A stretch of DNA of 64,000 nucleotides from a virus: the IMG/VR virus record IMGVR_UViG_3300047462_000185, positions 42,638 to 106,637 of that record; one strand, given 5' to 3'. How positions within the stretch are numbered: the stretch's first letter is position 1; the number at the start of each line of letters is the position of its first letter. This document shows positions 1-10,895 of the stretch, piece by piece. The notes below the pieces were generated by a model. That model saw nothing but the letters and a program-made list of their open reading frames with translations. It ran no database searches and was not told the origin of the DNA. Made by a program: the position numbers and the translations under genes.

Positions 1-130
1 ATTCCCTCTTTTCCCTTTCCGTCGAAAACGACGAAGGCGAAATACTCGGTGATCGGATCACGCAGAGGCATGTTTTTCAGAACGTCAGGCATTGGGTATC
101 TCCTCGGTCCGGCACTATTGCCGGGGAAGC

Positions 131-580
131 CTATTCTGGCTTTTCGGATGAGCCCTGGACCGGCGCCGGCGGCGGCTCAGGCCCCGCGCCTTCCTTGTCG
201 TCGGGCGGAGCGGCGGGCGGCTGGTTGATCTTCTGGATCAGGTCATGGGCCAGTTCGGCCGCAATCTTGTAGTGCAACTCGCGATCGAGGGCCGGCATGT
301 TGGTGCGCCGCATCGTCTCCTCGATGATCAGGAAAGCGGCAAAAAGCATGTCCTGCATGGGCCGCTCGTTCAGCAGCGCGACGAGGATATTGTATGTCGC
401 CATCGTGGCGGGAAACCGCATCTGAAGCAGGGCGCGTAGCTGAACGTCGAGGAATTTGGTGCGCTCGTGCGCCACCACCTCATCGGGCGAAGGGACAATG
501 TTGAACAGCCTCATCGCGTCTTTCTCGTCCATGACTTCCTCGGCCTGGTTGAACAGGTAGGCCGCGGCGCGGCCTTTCAA
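131..580 (-). CDS. hypothetical protein
   Basis: ORF in leftward operon, 4-nt overlap with next gene, followed by a family-1 repeat. Confidence 0.6.
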   Translation of the reverse strand: MKGRAAAYLFNQAEEVMDEKDAMRLFNIVPSPDEVVAHERTKFLDVQLRALLQMRFPATMATYNILVALLNERPMQDMLFAAFLIIEETMRRTNMPALDRELHYKIAAELAHDLIQKINQPPAAPPDDKEGAGPEPPPAPVQGSSEKPE

Positions 581-906
581 TTGGGTTTGGTAAGCCCGGA
601 GCCACGGCCGATCAATCGGGATTGCTCGGTTTCGGCGTAATCGATGAAGCTCTTGGCGAGGCTTTGCATAGCGGCCTCGGTGCGGTTCCGCTCCTCCGGG
701 GTGAAATTGCCATTGCGATAGACAGCCTCCAGTTCGGCGTGGAGCACGAACAGGATGATGATCTTCGATAACGGTTCGGCCATCAGAACGCCGGCGATGC
801 GCTGACCGAGCTGAGTGACCTTCGATCTGTTGAGATCGATCATCATCTTCAGCTGGGCGGCCAATCTTTCCTCGGCAGACATCTGGGAAATTCTGTCGTC
901 TGGCAT
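577..906 (-). CDS. hypothetical protein
   Basis: ATG preceded by GAGGAG of the family-1 repeat. Confidence 0.7.
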   Translation of the reverse strand: MPDDRISQMSAEERLAAQLKMMIDLNRSKVTQLGQRIAGVLMAEPLSKIIILFVLHAELEAVYRNGNFTPEERNRTEAAMQSLAKSFIDYAETEQSRLIGRGSGLTKPN

Positions 907-958
907 TGGGTATCTCCTCAGTCCGGCACTATTGCCGGGGAGCCCGACGGGTGCGCCG

Positions 959-1246
959 TCAGGGTTTCGTCGCGCGATTTTGCGTCTTCAGTTCGCGGTC
1001 AATCTCATGCCGCTCGGTTGTTGTCGTTTCCGATTGGTATAATTCATCCAACAGCCACGCCGTGGCCCGGCATGACGCCGCGATGCCGTCGCGCTTGCCG
1101 CAATAGGACGCAACAACCCGCTGCGCTGCTTCAATCGCTACGACGGCTCGCCGAAGCTTGGTGAGGTCTTCCATCGTCAGGTTTGTGCCAGATTCTGGCA
1201 TTGGGTCTAACCTTTTCAACCGACGCACGATTGCGTCGAAACGCAT
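959..1246 (-). CDS. hypothetical protein
   Basis: ORF fits operon spacing; start uncertain. Confidence 0.5.
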   Translation of the reverse strand: MRFDAIVRRLKRLDPMPESGTNLTMEDLTKLRRAVVAIEAAQRVVASYCGKRDGIAASCRATAWLLDELYQSETTTTERHEIDRELKTQNRATKP

Positions 1247-1282
1247 CGAGCCGCAGGGAATGCCTGCGGCTCGATGTTTCGG

Positions 1283-2741
1283 TCAGATGCTCAGTCGCTT
1301 GCAGATCTTGTCGACCTGCCCGCCAACTGTGGCAAGCTTGCTCGCAAGGTCCTCGGTCGAAGCGTCAACCGCTTCGGCGACGATGTCTTGCAGGCTGGGG
1401 GCTGTCTTGGACGGCACCTTGGTCTCCAGCAGGTCGAGATGCTGCTGCATCCCGGCCGCCGCGTCGGCGATGTCCTGGTCGGTAATGACGAACTGGCCTC
1501 CTCCGGCCCGACCGATCGCATAGAGCTTGGCGCGCTCCACGGCTTCACGGATCACGGCAGGAATCTGGCCGGCCAAGACGAGGCCCGCGCGCTCCAGGGT
1601 GTCGGCCGCATCGAGGCGGGTGCGCCCATACAGGCGCATCAGCTTGCGAGCCGCCGGCGCGTCCGGGGGCGTCACGTCGATCACCGCATCGAGCCGACCA
1701 GGGCGAAGCATCGCCTTGTTGATCTGCTCGACGTGGTTGGTGGTAAGCGCCACCATGATCTCGGTGTTCTTCGACTGCACGCCATCGATCGTGTTCAGAA
1801 TGTCGTCGATCTTCACGGTGCGGTCAGCGCCGGACAAGACCCGGTCGATGTCCTCCGCGAAGATGACGCAGGGCTGGTAGGCCTTGGCGAAATCCAAAAG
1901 CGTTCGCGAGACCCTTGACCCGCTTCAGCAGCAGGAAGGTCCAGCCGTGCTCGACGGCGATCTTGGCCGTGGCATGGGCGGTCAGCGTCTTGCCCGTGCC
2001 GTAGCGGCCCGAGAGCAGCACACCCCGCTTCAGCGGGATCTTCTGCTCGCGGCACGCCGCGGTGTGCTTGATCGGGGTCCAGAGCGACGTTTCGATCTGC
2101 CGCTCCGTCACCTCGCTGAACACCAGCTCGGTCGTGTCGATCTTGGTCGTGTCGAGGAAGTTCAGTTCGTCATAGTCCAGGTCACCGTCATCATCGGCTG
2201 TCATCGCGAAGGCTTTGCCCTTGTAGATGGACTGCTCCGCGATGAACTTCCGGGTCAGATGTGCCAGTTCCACGATGGTCTTGTGGAACCGGCGCTCCAC
2301 CTCGCCACCGATCAGGAAATTCAGACCGGTCTTGCTGCGCCAGGTGTCGCAGGCGACATAGCCGACGATGCCGGGGATCTCGAAGCGACCCCACACCACC
2401 GACATACGCTTGCCGTTGGCACCGATGGTGACATCGAGCGTTTGGGGTGGGTTGTGGCCCCAGAATCCCGGCGTCGGGACGGCTTCCGCCCAGCCGAACA
2501 TCGTCGCCATCGCACGGTAAAACGCGACGGCGCCGTCGAGATAATGAGCGTTGATCTTCTCATTGATCGCGACCTTCTGGGTCTCCTCGCGCAGCTTGCG
2601 CTGCAACGTGTCGATCGCGGTGGGCAAGCCCATCTCGGCCGGCTGGGCCGGTAGCGTGATGTGCTCGCCAAAGTGGCGAACCGGAACGTCGATCCCTTTG
2701 AAGGGATCTTCGAGAACGGCTGGGGTAAACGAATCAGGCAT
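1283..2741 (-). pseudogene. AAA+ ATPase, split by a one-base frameshift at about 1896-1899
   Basis: Walker A GRYGTGKT in ORF 1824-2804; Walker B-like IFAEDID, TTN and LRPGRLD (SRH) in ORF 1283-1897; removing one T from GCTTTTGGA fuses them (ANALDFAKAYQP). Confidence 0.85.
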
Positions 2742-2838
2742 TTGTTTGTCCTGTTGTTGTGTCGCGGGGAGCAGCGCGACGGGAAAACTCCCAGCGCTCG
2801 CCAACCGTCATGGGGAAGGACGGCGAGGCTTCTGCGGC

Positions 2839-3492
2839 TCAGTTGTTGGTCCGAGCCGTGTCTTCAGGGGAGTATTCAGGAAGATCGATGTCGCGAAGAA
2901 GGTTGGAAAAGCGGCCAGTGCAGTTCTCGCGAAGTTCGTCATCCTTGTCTGGCACCAAGGCAGCGATATTGCCTTCGGTGTCGCGAATGATATCGAACAT
3001 CGTGAGTTTTCGGACTGTCTGCGTTTCGCAGGTCATCACGACCACCTCGCGCCGGTCTGGCTGCTCCGAGGGTAGAAAATTCGGATCAGCCTTTAAGGCC
3101 TCAGGTGTGGACGTCGCGGTCCACGCTTCCATGACAAGGTAGATCAGGTCGGTGTTGCTCATGGAGCCGGCAAGTATCAGAGCGCCGGCCAGGGCATCTT
3201 TGAGATACGCCGAATTCGGCATGTCGCCCACGACGACCGGCACGAACATGCCGGATGAAGAAACAAAGAAAGCGGTGAACGGACAGCTAGTCTTGCCGCG
3301 CAAGCTTGCCTCGATCATGGGACGAATTACGTCTCGCATGTGGCCGATCGGATCGGCTAATTGCTTGGCCACAATGTCGCGGGTGCGCTGCTCATATTTG
3401 CGCTTGGATAGTTCCACGACGTGAAAGACCAGATCCTTCAAGCTGCCGAACCTGACCTCGTCATACTGTGGCGCGTTATGCGCTTCGCTCAT
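2839..3492 (-). CDS. hypothetical protein
   Basis: ATG at 3492 after GAGGAG repeat. Confidence 0.7.
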   Translation of the reverse strand: MSEAHNAPQYDEVRFGSLKDLVFHVVELSKRKYEQRTRDIVAKQLADPIGHMRDVIRPMIEASLRGKTSCPFTAFFVSSSGMFVPVVVGDMPNSAYLKDALAGALILAGSMSNTDLIYLVMEAWTATSTPEALKADPNFLPSEQPDRREVVVMTCETQTVRKLTMFDIIRDTEGNIAALVPDKDDELRENCTGRFSNLLRDIDLPEYSPEDTARTNN

Positions 3493-3697
3493 GGGGTATC
3501 TCCTCAGTGCCGCGCAGAATTGCGTGGCGTATGCCTTGGGGCATTTCGCTGAGCGAGACGACGCGCCGAATGGCGTTGATCCGCTTGCATATATGGTGAT
3601 TTCCCGTTGCCCAGGCAACATGAAATCACATGGTCATGTGTTTTTCAAGCGGTTTTCACATGGTCCTGTGCGAATTCGTTCCACGTGGAACACGGCG

Positions 3698-3925
3698 TCA
3701 CAGGAGGGGGTCGAACTTCTGCTGCGCTGCGATGAAGTCCTGCGCGGCGCGGGCGGCGGCGAGATATTCGACCGAGGGCCGCTTGTCGATCTCCTGGCCG
3801 GGCCGGTAGGTGGCCCACACTGCATCCCTGAGCGGCTTGGGCAGGCTGAACCAGTGCTGCTTGCACATGAACATCCGGGGCGGCACGGCCCGCTGGCAGC
3901 CCGGCGCGTGGCAGGTGTGGGGCAT
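3698..3925 (-). CDS. small Cys/His zinc-binding phage protein
   Basis: HTCHAPGC...MCKQHW motif. Confidence 0.65.
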   Translation of the reverse strand: MPHTCHAPGCQRAVPPRMFMCKQHWFSLPKPLRDAVWATYRPGQEIDKRPSVEYLAAARAAQDFIAAQQKFDPLL

Positions 3926-4183
3926 TACTGGGGCAACTCCATGTCCCATTCGTGGCCGCAAATGTCGCACCGCATCGTCACGATATCGCCGCCGGGATAT
4001 CCGTCGCGGTCAGCGATCTCGTATGCGGCCGGATGAACAGCCGGCGTCGGACCGCCCTTATGCCAGGGATTCAGTTCCGTGCAGACGAAACGCACTTTCT
4101 GAGGCGCTCTCTCAGGATTTGTCATCGACCGCTGCCGTCGCACTCAGGCGCAGCTTTCGCGCGCTCGCGATACGACTGCGACA

Positions 4184-4576
4184 TCAGGCCATTTCCTCGG
4201 CGCGGGCCTGGTGACGCGCCAGGGTGTGCAGCCGACCCAGCACCGAGCTACCCGCACGGGGTGGAACCATCTGCTTGCCTGTCAGGTGCGCCGAGACGCC
4301 CTGAGCCGCGAGGCGCAGGATGAAAGCATCATCTTCGGCGGTGAAAACGCGCACCACCCGTCCGGCGCGGTAGTTGACCGGCTTACGGACGGGGATCGCA
4401 GTCTGGCGCCGCAGTTCGGTCGGCAGATCGACGCCGTGGGTCAGGCAATGCCAGGCGATGCAACCGGGCGACACGCCGAACCGCCGGGCAATCTCTGGGA
4501 AACCCAGGCCCTCGACCTCACGCATCTGGAACGCTCGGTCGAGGTCGTCCTGGCTGAGCTTGGCGATGCGCCTCAT
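4184..4576 (-). CDS. HTH DNA-binding protein
   Basis: GLGFPEIARRFGVSPGCI helix-turn-helix. Confidence 0.7.
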   Translation of the reverse strand: MRRIAKLSQDDLDRAFQMREVEGLGFPEIARRFGVSPGCIAWHCLTHGVDLPTELRRQTAIPVRKPVNYRAGRVVRVFTAEDDAFILRLAAQGVSAHLTGKQMVPPRAGSSVLGRLHTLARHQARAEEMA

Positions 4577-6225
4577 TCCGCGGCCTCCTGCTGCCCGGCC
4601 TCCTCGTCGGCCTCCGAATCACCCTCGCCGTCATCGTCATCACCGGGTCGCGCCACGATGGGCGCCCGGTCGTCGAACCAGCCCGGCGGCGTCCAACCCG
4701 GCAGCTTGCCGACCAGCTGTGCGCGCAGCTTCGCCCCGGTCTTGGCCGGGACCATCTCCTTGCCCTCGGCCAGCAGCGCCAGCACGTCCGCATTGACGTG
4801 CGCCAGGAATTCCTCGGTGTCGAACCGTGGCTGCTCGACGTGGAAAATCTGGCTGCCAATCCACCCCACGGCAGGGCCGCTCCCGATGCCCTTGCCGTCC
4901 GAGACTTGGATGATGCGGGACAGCGCCTCGCCGGCCATGATCTTCAGATCATCGACGCTCGCGCTGTTGGTGGGCCACGCCAGGGCGCGCTCCGCAATGT
5001 CCTCCATATTTTCGGTGCGCCACGCCACGCCATCCCTGGTGATCCGCAGATTGCTGGCCGCCAGCGCGATCAGCAGAAGCCTGATCATATTGGCGTCGCT
5101 GAGCGCCCGGATTTCGTCGGAGAACGCCTCGGCGAAGAAGCCGCGCTTCATCTCGTTCAGCAGGATTGCGCCCTTCTTGTCGATCGGCGGCTTCACTGTG
5201 ACCGGCTTAGGGTCATCCTGGATCGCCGCTCGGCCCGGCGCGCCCTTCTTTTTCGCGCCGGCTTCGCTGATTGCGGCCGCCGTGGCGCGACCCATGCCAT
5301 AGCCCTCGGGCACGACGCCGATCAGTAGCTTGCGGTCCGGACCCGGGCTGCGGATCGGCTTGCGCGCGTCGAACTGGATGGTGTGTTCCATCTTCCAGCC
5401 GGCCGGCGCCACCAGCAGGCCGGTCGGCCCGACCTCGCCATAGACGGCATGCTTGCTCTTGGCGGCCAACGCCTTCACGGCCTGCACCTGGCAGGCCATG
5501 AACTTTTTCGTGTCCGACGTGGTGAACCGGTCGTCGGCGTCAGGCTCGGCGAACAGGTCCTCGTCCCAGACGATGCCGAATGCGTCAGGATCGAACAGGG
5601 CATCGACCTTGTTCAGTCGCATCACCTCGCAGTGCCGCGCGATGTAATGCCACCGCGGCTCCCGCGCGCCCTTCGGGCCAGCCCAGGAGTGGCGATGCGC
5701 GATAGCCGCCTTCTGCATATCGCGCGGAGCCGCGACGATCCGGCGCAGCTCGTGGGTATTCGGGATGCCGTGCTCGGCAATGGCGGCCAGAACGTCCGGA
5801 TGCGCGCCCGCGAGCAGAGTCATGCGGCGCGCCGTGGTCTCGGGAATGCCCAGGGACTGGGCCGCCAGAGCGACCGACATTCCCCCGTCCTGCAGCGTCT
5901 TCATGGCGCGCCACTGGTCGACCGGGTTCATGCTGCTGCGAACCATGTTCTCAGCCGCTCCAGCGGCGACGATCTGATCGCCGGAGCCGGCATGGTCGAT
6001 CGCCTCGATCTCGGTCCAGCCCAGCGCCTGAGCGGCCCGCCAGCGCCTCTCGCCAGCGACGATGACGTAACGTCGACCACCTTCCGGATTGTCGCGCACC
6101 AGGATCGGCTGCAGCTGGCCCAGCGTGGACATGCTGATCCGCAGCGCCTCGTCCGCCTCCCTCGAAGGCTTGATCCGCCGCACATTGTCCGGATCCGGGG
6201 AGATGTGCGTGATATCGATTTTCAT
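4573..6225 (-). CDS. ParB/Srx N-terminal domain protein
   Basis: NVRR...LGQLQPILVR...IVAGERRWRAA...ENMVR ParB motifs. Confidence 0.9.
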   Translation of the reverse strand: MKIDITHISPDPDNVRRIKPSREADEALRISMSTLGQLQPILVRDNPEGGRRYVIVAGERRWRAAQALGWTEIEAIDHAGSGDQIVAAGAAENMVRSSMNPVDQWRAMKTLQDGGMSVALAAQSLGIPETTARRMTLLAGAHPDVLAAIAEHGIPNTHELRRIVAAPRDMQKAAIAHRHSWAGPKGAREPRWHYIARHCEVMRLNKVDALFDPDAFGIVWDEDLFAEPDADDRFTTSDTKKFMACQVQAVKALAAKSKHAVYGEVGPTGLLVAPAGWKMEHTIQFDARKPIRSPGPDRKLLIGVVPEGYGMGRATAAAISEAGAKKKGAPGRAAIQDDPKPVTVKPPIDKKGAILLNEMKRGFFAEAFSDEIRALSDANMIRLLLIALAASNLRITRDGVAWRTENMEDIAERALAWPTNSASVDDLKIMAGEALSRIIQVSDGKGIGSGPAVGWIGSQIFHVEQPRFDTEEFLAHVNADVLALLAEGKEMVPAKTGAKLRAQLVGKLPGWTPPGWFDDRAPIVARPGDDDDGEGDSEADEEAGQQEAAE

Positions 6226-6683
6226 CTCGTGTTGCTCCGCTGATGACGTTCAAGGTGGCGCTGCACCGAGGCCGGCGGGTCGCGGGGCCGGTCGGCCAGC
6301 CCCTTGCAAATTTGCACGACCCTGTCGCACGTCTCGATGTCGAAATACCCGATGTGACAGGCCGACGGCGTCAGATCGAGCTGCATGGCGAGGTAGCCGT
6401 AGGCCGCGCTGCGCGACATCATGCCGCTGCGCCAGAGTGGGTCGAACGCGTTATGAACGCGTATCTTCGCGGCACGCAGCGCCTTGTCGGCCAGGCGGCC
6501 CAGCGGTGTGACGGTGCCTTTGTGGCATCCCACCCAGGCACCGCACGGCACGCAGGCCCACAGCGGCCCGTAATCGCGCCCGTTGTAGAAGCGCTCCGAG
6601 GATTGGAAGAAGCGTGCCGGCTTCCCGCAATAAGGGCACGTCACCGTCACACCGGCCGTCGCCTCGGATGTCGTGCTGCTCAT
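6222..6683 (-). CDS. zinc-finger protein (DUF3268-like)
   Basis: CPYCG...WACVPCGAWVGCHKGT..PLGRLA...H..FDPLW...CHIG. Confidence 0.8.
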   Translation of the reverse strand: MSSTTSEATAGVTVTCPYCGKPARFFQSSERFYNGRDYGPLWACVPCGAWVGCHKGTVTPLGRLADKALRAAKIRVHNAFDPLWRSGMMSRSAAYGYLAMQLDLTPSACHIGYFDIETCDRVVQICKGLADRPRDPPASVQRHLERHQRSNTR

Positions 6684-7051
6684 CAGATGCCTCCACGTCG
6701 GTTGGCCGACATGGTCTGCCAGGCGTCACACAGCATCCGGGACGCCTCGCGCCTGGCGCGCAACGTCTCGAACCGAGCTGTGGCGCTGGCGTGCTCCTTG
6801 ACCGCGTTCTGGTATTGGGAGCTGGCGCGCGCCTCCCACTTCTTCGCGTCGGCGGACCGCTCCTCGGACATGCCGGCGGCCAGGGCCTCGATCGAGCCGA
6901 TCATGAATTCGGTGCGCACCATCTCGCCGCGCGCCGCGCCGACCTCCTCGGCGGACAGGGCGAGGAAGTTGAGCGCTTCCTCGACCTGGTTCTCGGTGAC
7001 GAAGGCGCGGCCCGGCGGTTCCCGCCGGCGCGCGTTGTTGTCGTGCGACAT
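6683..7051 (-). CDS. hypothetical coiled-coil protein in the recombination module
   Basis: helical ORF ending WQTMSANRR, adjacent to ssb. Confidence 0.7.
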   Translation of the reverse strand: MSHDNNARRREPPGRAFVTENQVEEALNFLALSAEEVGAARGEMVRTEFMIGSIEALAAGMSEERSADAKKWEARASSQYQNAVKEHASATARFETLRARREASRMLCDAWQTMSANRRGGI

Positions 7052-7060
7052 GGGCGATCC

Positions 7061-7654
7061 CTAAAACGGTATCTCGTCGTCGAGATCGTTCGGCGGCGGC
7101 ACGCCGCGGCCTCCATTGCCATTCCCGTTGCCTGGCGGAGCGCCCCGGTCATAGCCGCCGCGCCCGGCGTCACGCGCGTTCTGGCGATCGTCGCGGCGCC
7201 CGCCCCAGGCCCCATCCCCGCCACGCCCCGCGTCCCGGCCATTTCCGTTGCCCCGGTCGCCGCCATTGCCCTGGCTGCGGTCATAGCCGCCCCGGTCGCC
7301 GCCATTGCCCTGGCTGCGGCCTGAAGGCGATCCGCAGGGCACGACCTGACCGCCAGGACCGGCCACCACGACTTCCGAGACGTAGACCTTCTGGCCGTTC
7401 TTGTCGTAGCTGCGGTGCTGCAGCTGGCCCACGATGGTGATCAGGTCGCCCTTGCGCATGCTCTCGACGACTTTGCAGGCACCGCCATAAATCACCACCA
7501 TGTGCCAGTCGGTGATCTCCTCGCCTTGCTGGTTCTTGTAGCGGGTCGTAGCGACGCTGAGGCGCGCCGCATCGTTGTCGCGGCCGATCTGCTTGATCTC
7601 GGGATCCTTGCCCAGCCGGCCGCACAGCGTGACGCTGTTGATCGAGGTTGCCAT
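7061..7654 (-). CDS. ssb: single-stranded DNA-binding protein
   Basis: INSVTLCGRLGKDPE...TDWH, Gly-rich linker, C-terminal DDEIPF. Confidence 0.97.
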   Translation of the reverse strand: MATSINSVTLCGRLGKDPEIKQIGRDNDAARLSVATTRYKNQQGEEITDWHMVVIYGGACKVVESMRKGDLITIVGQLQHRSYDKNGQKVYVSEVVVAGPGGQVVPCGSPSGRSQGNGGDRGGYDRSQGNGGDRGNGNGRDAGRGGDGAWGGRRDDRQNARDAGRGGYDRGAPPGNGNGNGGRGVPPPNDLDDEIPF

Positions 7655-7660
7655 CTCCGG

Positions 7661-8476
7661 TTACTCCGCCGCCGCTTGGTGTTCAGGCTGATCCGCGGGC
7701 GGCTCGCGATGCCACGTCTCGCGGTAGGTCGTGGTGACGAACGCCAGGGTCGCGGGCGACATCTTGCCGCGCAACTCGACATCATCGAGCCAGAACTTGT
7801 CCGCCTCGGCCGGGTCGGCCGCGTTCTTCAGCGCGGAGTTGAATGCGGCGACGAGCTTTCTGAACGTCGCATCTTCCTTCGTTGCACTCGGCGGCGCAGA
7901 GGCCGGCGTGCGACCCGTGGGGCGGCGCGTCTCCTGCGGTGGCTCGGGCTGCTGCTGCTGCGCCATGTCGCGCTCGAGGGCGGCACGCTCGGCATCGTAG
8001 TCGCGGAAATGGTTGCCCTCGAAGATGTTGGCGTCGTCGTCCTCGTCACTGGCAAGGCAGAGGATCGTGTTCACGCTGTAGCGGCGCATATAGGTCAGCT
8101 GCGAGCCAAACGCCTGCGGACCGCCACCCTCTTCCAGCGGCATTTCGCAGCTGATCCACTGGCCGCTCTTGTGAATGATGCGCGTGGTCAGCCACGGGCG
8201 CGGCTCGTAGGTGATGACCTGGATCACGGCCAGACCCGCATTCGCCATAGGGGCGCGGATCGTGTTCATGATGCTGCCGAGCGTGGCATACTTGAACTTG
8301 TAGGAGCCGCTCGACTTCGATCTGACCTCGACCTCGCGGTCGCGGGGCGGGTTCTGCACCTCTCCCTGGAACTGGACCAGGGCGGCATAGATTTCGACGA
8401 TCTCTGCGCTCTCACGGCGGATCGGGGCAGGCACAACTTGCGCCGGCGGGGCCGACAGGATCGATGCGTCGCTCAT
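7661..8476 (-). CDS. ERF-family ssDNA annealing protein
   Basis: YKFKYATL...HKSGQW...PQAFGSQLTYMRRYS...DEDDDA. Confidence 0.93.
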   Translation of the reverse strand: MSDASILSAPPAQVVPAPIRRESAEIVEIYAALVQFQGEVQNPPRDREVEVRSKSSGSYKFKYATLGSIMNTIRAPMANAGLAVIQVITYEPRPWLTTRIIHKSGQWISCEMPLEEGGGPQAFGSQLTYMRRYSVNTILCLASDEDDDANIFEGNHFRDYDAERAALERDMAQQQQPEPPQETRRPTGRTPASAPPSATKEDATFRKLVAAFNSALKNAADPAEADKFWLDDVELRGKMSPATLAFVTTTYRETWHREPPADQPEHQAAAE

Positions 8477-9483
8477 TCTGCGGCCTCCTGGACCGGTTCT
8501 GCGGCCTGCTCGGCCGGTGCCTCATCGGGCATTTTGACGATGGTGACGGCGCCGTTCTTCGCCTTGCTGGCGCTGATGCCGTGGCCGAACGCGCGGCGCG
8601 CCTCCTTCGGGAAAAGCGCCTTGATGTCCTTCTTGGCGGCGTCGAGAATCTTCGCGGCCTCCTCGTGGTCGATGAACCGGTGTGCCGCATCGGCCCAGGC
8701 GTTGCTCGCCGTCATGTCGGTCTCGACCATGCTGCTTAGGTCGAGCACGGCGGGCGGCAGGTTCATCGCTTTTGGCTCGATGCCGCGCTCGACCGATTGC
8801 CAGAACCGCGCCTCGGCCTCGGCCAGTTCGGCCATATAGACCGGATCGAATTCGATGGGCTGGAGGATGTGCTTGTAGGTGCCCATCGTCATCGAGAGAT
8901 AGGCGAACTCGGTGCCGGCGACCCACATGTTGTGCTGACATTGGGGCCAGAACTTTTCGATCAGCTCGGGCAGCTTCTGGAACCCCACCGCTGCCTTACA
9001 CTCGACAATGCCTGTCATGCCGGCGATCGTGCTGAGCAGGAATCCGTCGAGCGAAGCGTGCCGGTGCGCCACCTTCGGATGTCGCGCCACCTCGCCGTGA
9101 CGGGTGATGCGCGTCCCAGGCGCGCAGAAGCCCTGCGCCGCGGCCGCTTCCTCGGTGATGGCGAGGTTGAGACGTTCGAGCCAATGGCCGCAGCGCACCG
9201 TCAGGTCGCCCGAGATGTCATGGTGGGCGCGTTCGCCCCGCATGATCTCGGCCAGTTCGAGCAGCTTGCCCGGCTCGCCCTTGGCGATGATCCGGGCGTC
9301 CGAGCCGCCGATGCTGCGCTCGCGCTGGGCGCGCTGCTTGGGGGTGAGGCCGAGACTGGCCAGGTCGACGATACCGTCGGGCCGGAGCCCGTAATGGGGC
9401 GTCAGTGCTGCCATGACCGAGAGCAGCCGTTCGAGGGAAAGCTCCTCGCTGGCCGCGATGGCGGCCAATTCCTCATGATCCAT
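8473..9483 (-). CDS. YqaJ/lambda-Exo-like exonuclease
   Basis: RSIGGSDA...HASLDG...VECK...PQCQHNMWV. Confidence 0.9.
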   Translation of the reverse strand: MDHEELAAIAASEELSLERLLSVMAALTPHYGLRPDGIVDLASLGLTPKQRAQRERSIGGSDARIIAKGEPGKLLELAEIMRGERAHHDISGDLTVRCGHWLERLNLAITEEAAAAQGFCAPGTRITRHGEVARHPKVAHRHASLDGFLLSTIAGMTGIVECKAAVGFQKLPELIEKFWPQCQHNMWVAGTEFAYLSMTMGTYKHILQPIEFDPVYMAELAEAEARFWQSVERGIEPKAMNLPPAVLDLSSMVETDMTASNAWADAAHRFIDHEEAAKILDAAKKDIKALFPKEARRAFGHGISASKAKNGAVTIVKMPDEAPAEQAAEPVQEAAE

Positions 9484-9917
9484 TTCGCTGTCCTTGCTGG
9501 ATTGGCGATAAGCTACATGGTAGTGTGTTTTCTCGTCAAGCCCGGGGGACGTGATCAAGATGCGACGCCGTCCAAACCCACTCAGCCATGTGCCAGTCAC
9601 GCGAGCACAGGCGATAGCGGCTCACACGGCGGGCCAGCATGCCTATGCTGCTGGCACCGAACACGGTGCGTGCGACATCGCGAGTGTAGAGCTTAGGTGG
9701 CAATGGCAGGCCGGCTGGCGCGCCGCCGATGCAGCGTTCTGGCGCCGGCTACGCGATTGTGCTGAGCGCGGCCCGCTTCCAGGTGTTGGTCGCGGTGCGG
9801 ACCTAGACATAGCTCGCGTCCCACGATCCGCCGTCGAGCCGACACACCGGATGGAGCTTCCACCAAACTCACTTGGCTAGAATGCGAAAAAGCCCCCCGA
9901 ACAAACGGGCGGCTTTG

Positions 9918-10517
9918 TCACGCTGCGGCCGGTTCGGACTCCGCCGACACCAGGGCCGGCGGATCGAATCTCCGCTTGCCGCGGGCCTCCGAGTGCCGGA
10001 TCACCTTGCGCCGGATTTCATCGGTCAGGGCGACATATTCGTGGTGCATGCGGCCGCCGGCCAGCAGGAACGCCTCGTCGGTATAGTCCGGCTTGGGCAG
10101 GGACGAGACCCAGCCGGGTCCGCGTTCCTTGCCCCAGCGGGACACCGCAGCGGCAGTGCTGGCCCAGAGGTAGGTTTGCGCCAAGGTGTGCCCCATCGGG
10201 GACTCCATGGAGCGGCTGTGCATCACGATCATGATCTCGGTCGGGCCAACCCTGTGGCCGGGCATTTGCCCGAACAGGATCTTGAGCCGCTCTTCGTAGA
10301 TCATGGCCTTCCACTCGTTGATGAATTCGATATCGGTCCATTTGCCGAGATTGTGGAACACGACCGGACCGAACGTGTAGCGCCGCTGATCGGCGGTGAG
10401 GATCGGCAGATCGGGACATAGGTCGTAGCTGAATTCCAGAACGCGCGGCGGCGAGCCCATGCGGGCCAGCAGCAGCAGCATCTTCTGGTTCTGGTTAGTT
10501 CCGGGTATCTCTGTCAT
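9918..10517 (-). CDS. hypothetical protein (paralog of 11236-12033)
   Basis: SD plus ATG after repeat; shared VGPxEI and WAS motifs. Confidence 0.7.
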   Translation of the reverse strand: MTEIPGTNQNQKMLLLLARMGSPPRVLEFSYDLCPDLPILTADQRRYTFGPVVFHNLGKWTDIEFINEWKAMIYEERLKILFGQMPGHRVGPTEIMIVMHSRSMESPMGHTLAQTYLWASTAAAVSRWGKERGPGWVSSLPKPDYTDEAFLLAGGRMHHEYVALTDEIRRKVIRHSEARGKRRFDPPALVSAESEPAAA

Positions 10518-10560
10518 CGGACAGGTCTCCTCAGTCCTGGCTCCATTGCCAGGGGACCGC

Positions 10561-10851
10561 CTAGTCGGCGGCTTCGACGTCCGATGTGATGCGGCGCTCA
10601 TCCACGGCGAGCGCGATTGCTTCCCACTCCTTGCGGAGCTGGTCGAGCTTTTCGCAGCGCCGACGATGCTGGGCCACAGCAACTTGCATCGCGCCGGGAT
10701 CCTGCACGTAATAGTCGCGGCCGTTCGGATGAACCTCCTGAAGCAATTTCTGAAGCCGATCGATTGCGTCGAGCACTTTTATGATTGGCTCGACCAGGCC
10801 GTCGCGTGACGTGCCGTTCATGTGCAGGGTGGGGATGGCGAGCTTTGCCAT
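10561..10851 (-). CDS. hypothetical phage protein
   Basis: PTLHMNGTS...HPNGRDYY motif; SD in repeat. Confidence 0.7.
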   Translation of the reverse strand: MAKLAIPTLHMNGTSRDGLVEPIIKVLDAIDRLQKLLQEVHPNGRDYYVQDPGAMQVAVAQHRRRCEKLDQLRKEWEAIALAVDERRITSDVEAAD

Positions 10852-10895
10852 TGCGGGTCTCCTCAGTCCTGGCCCAATTGCCAGGGGACCGCCGA

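Noticed and set aside
7140-7320. Repeats in ssb, and GACGCGGCGCGT repeats at the TerL end (about 36340-36370)
   Set aside because: Low-complexity coding linkers
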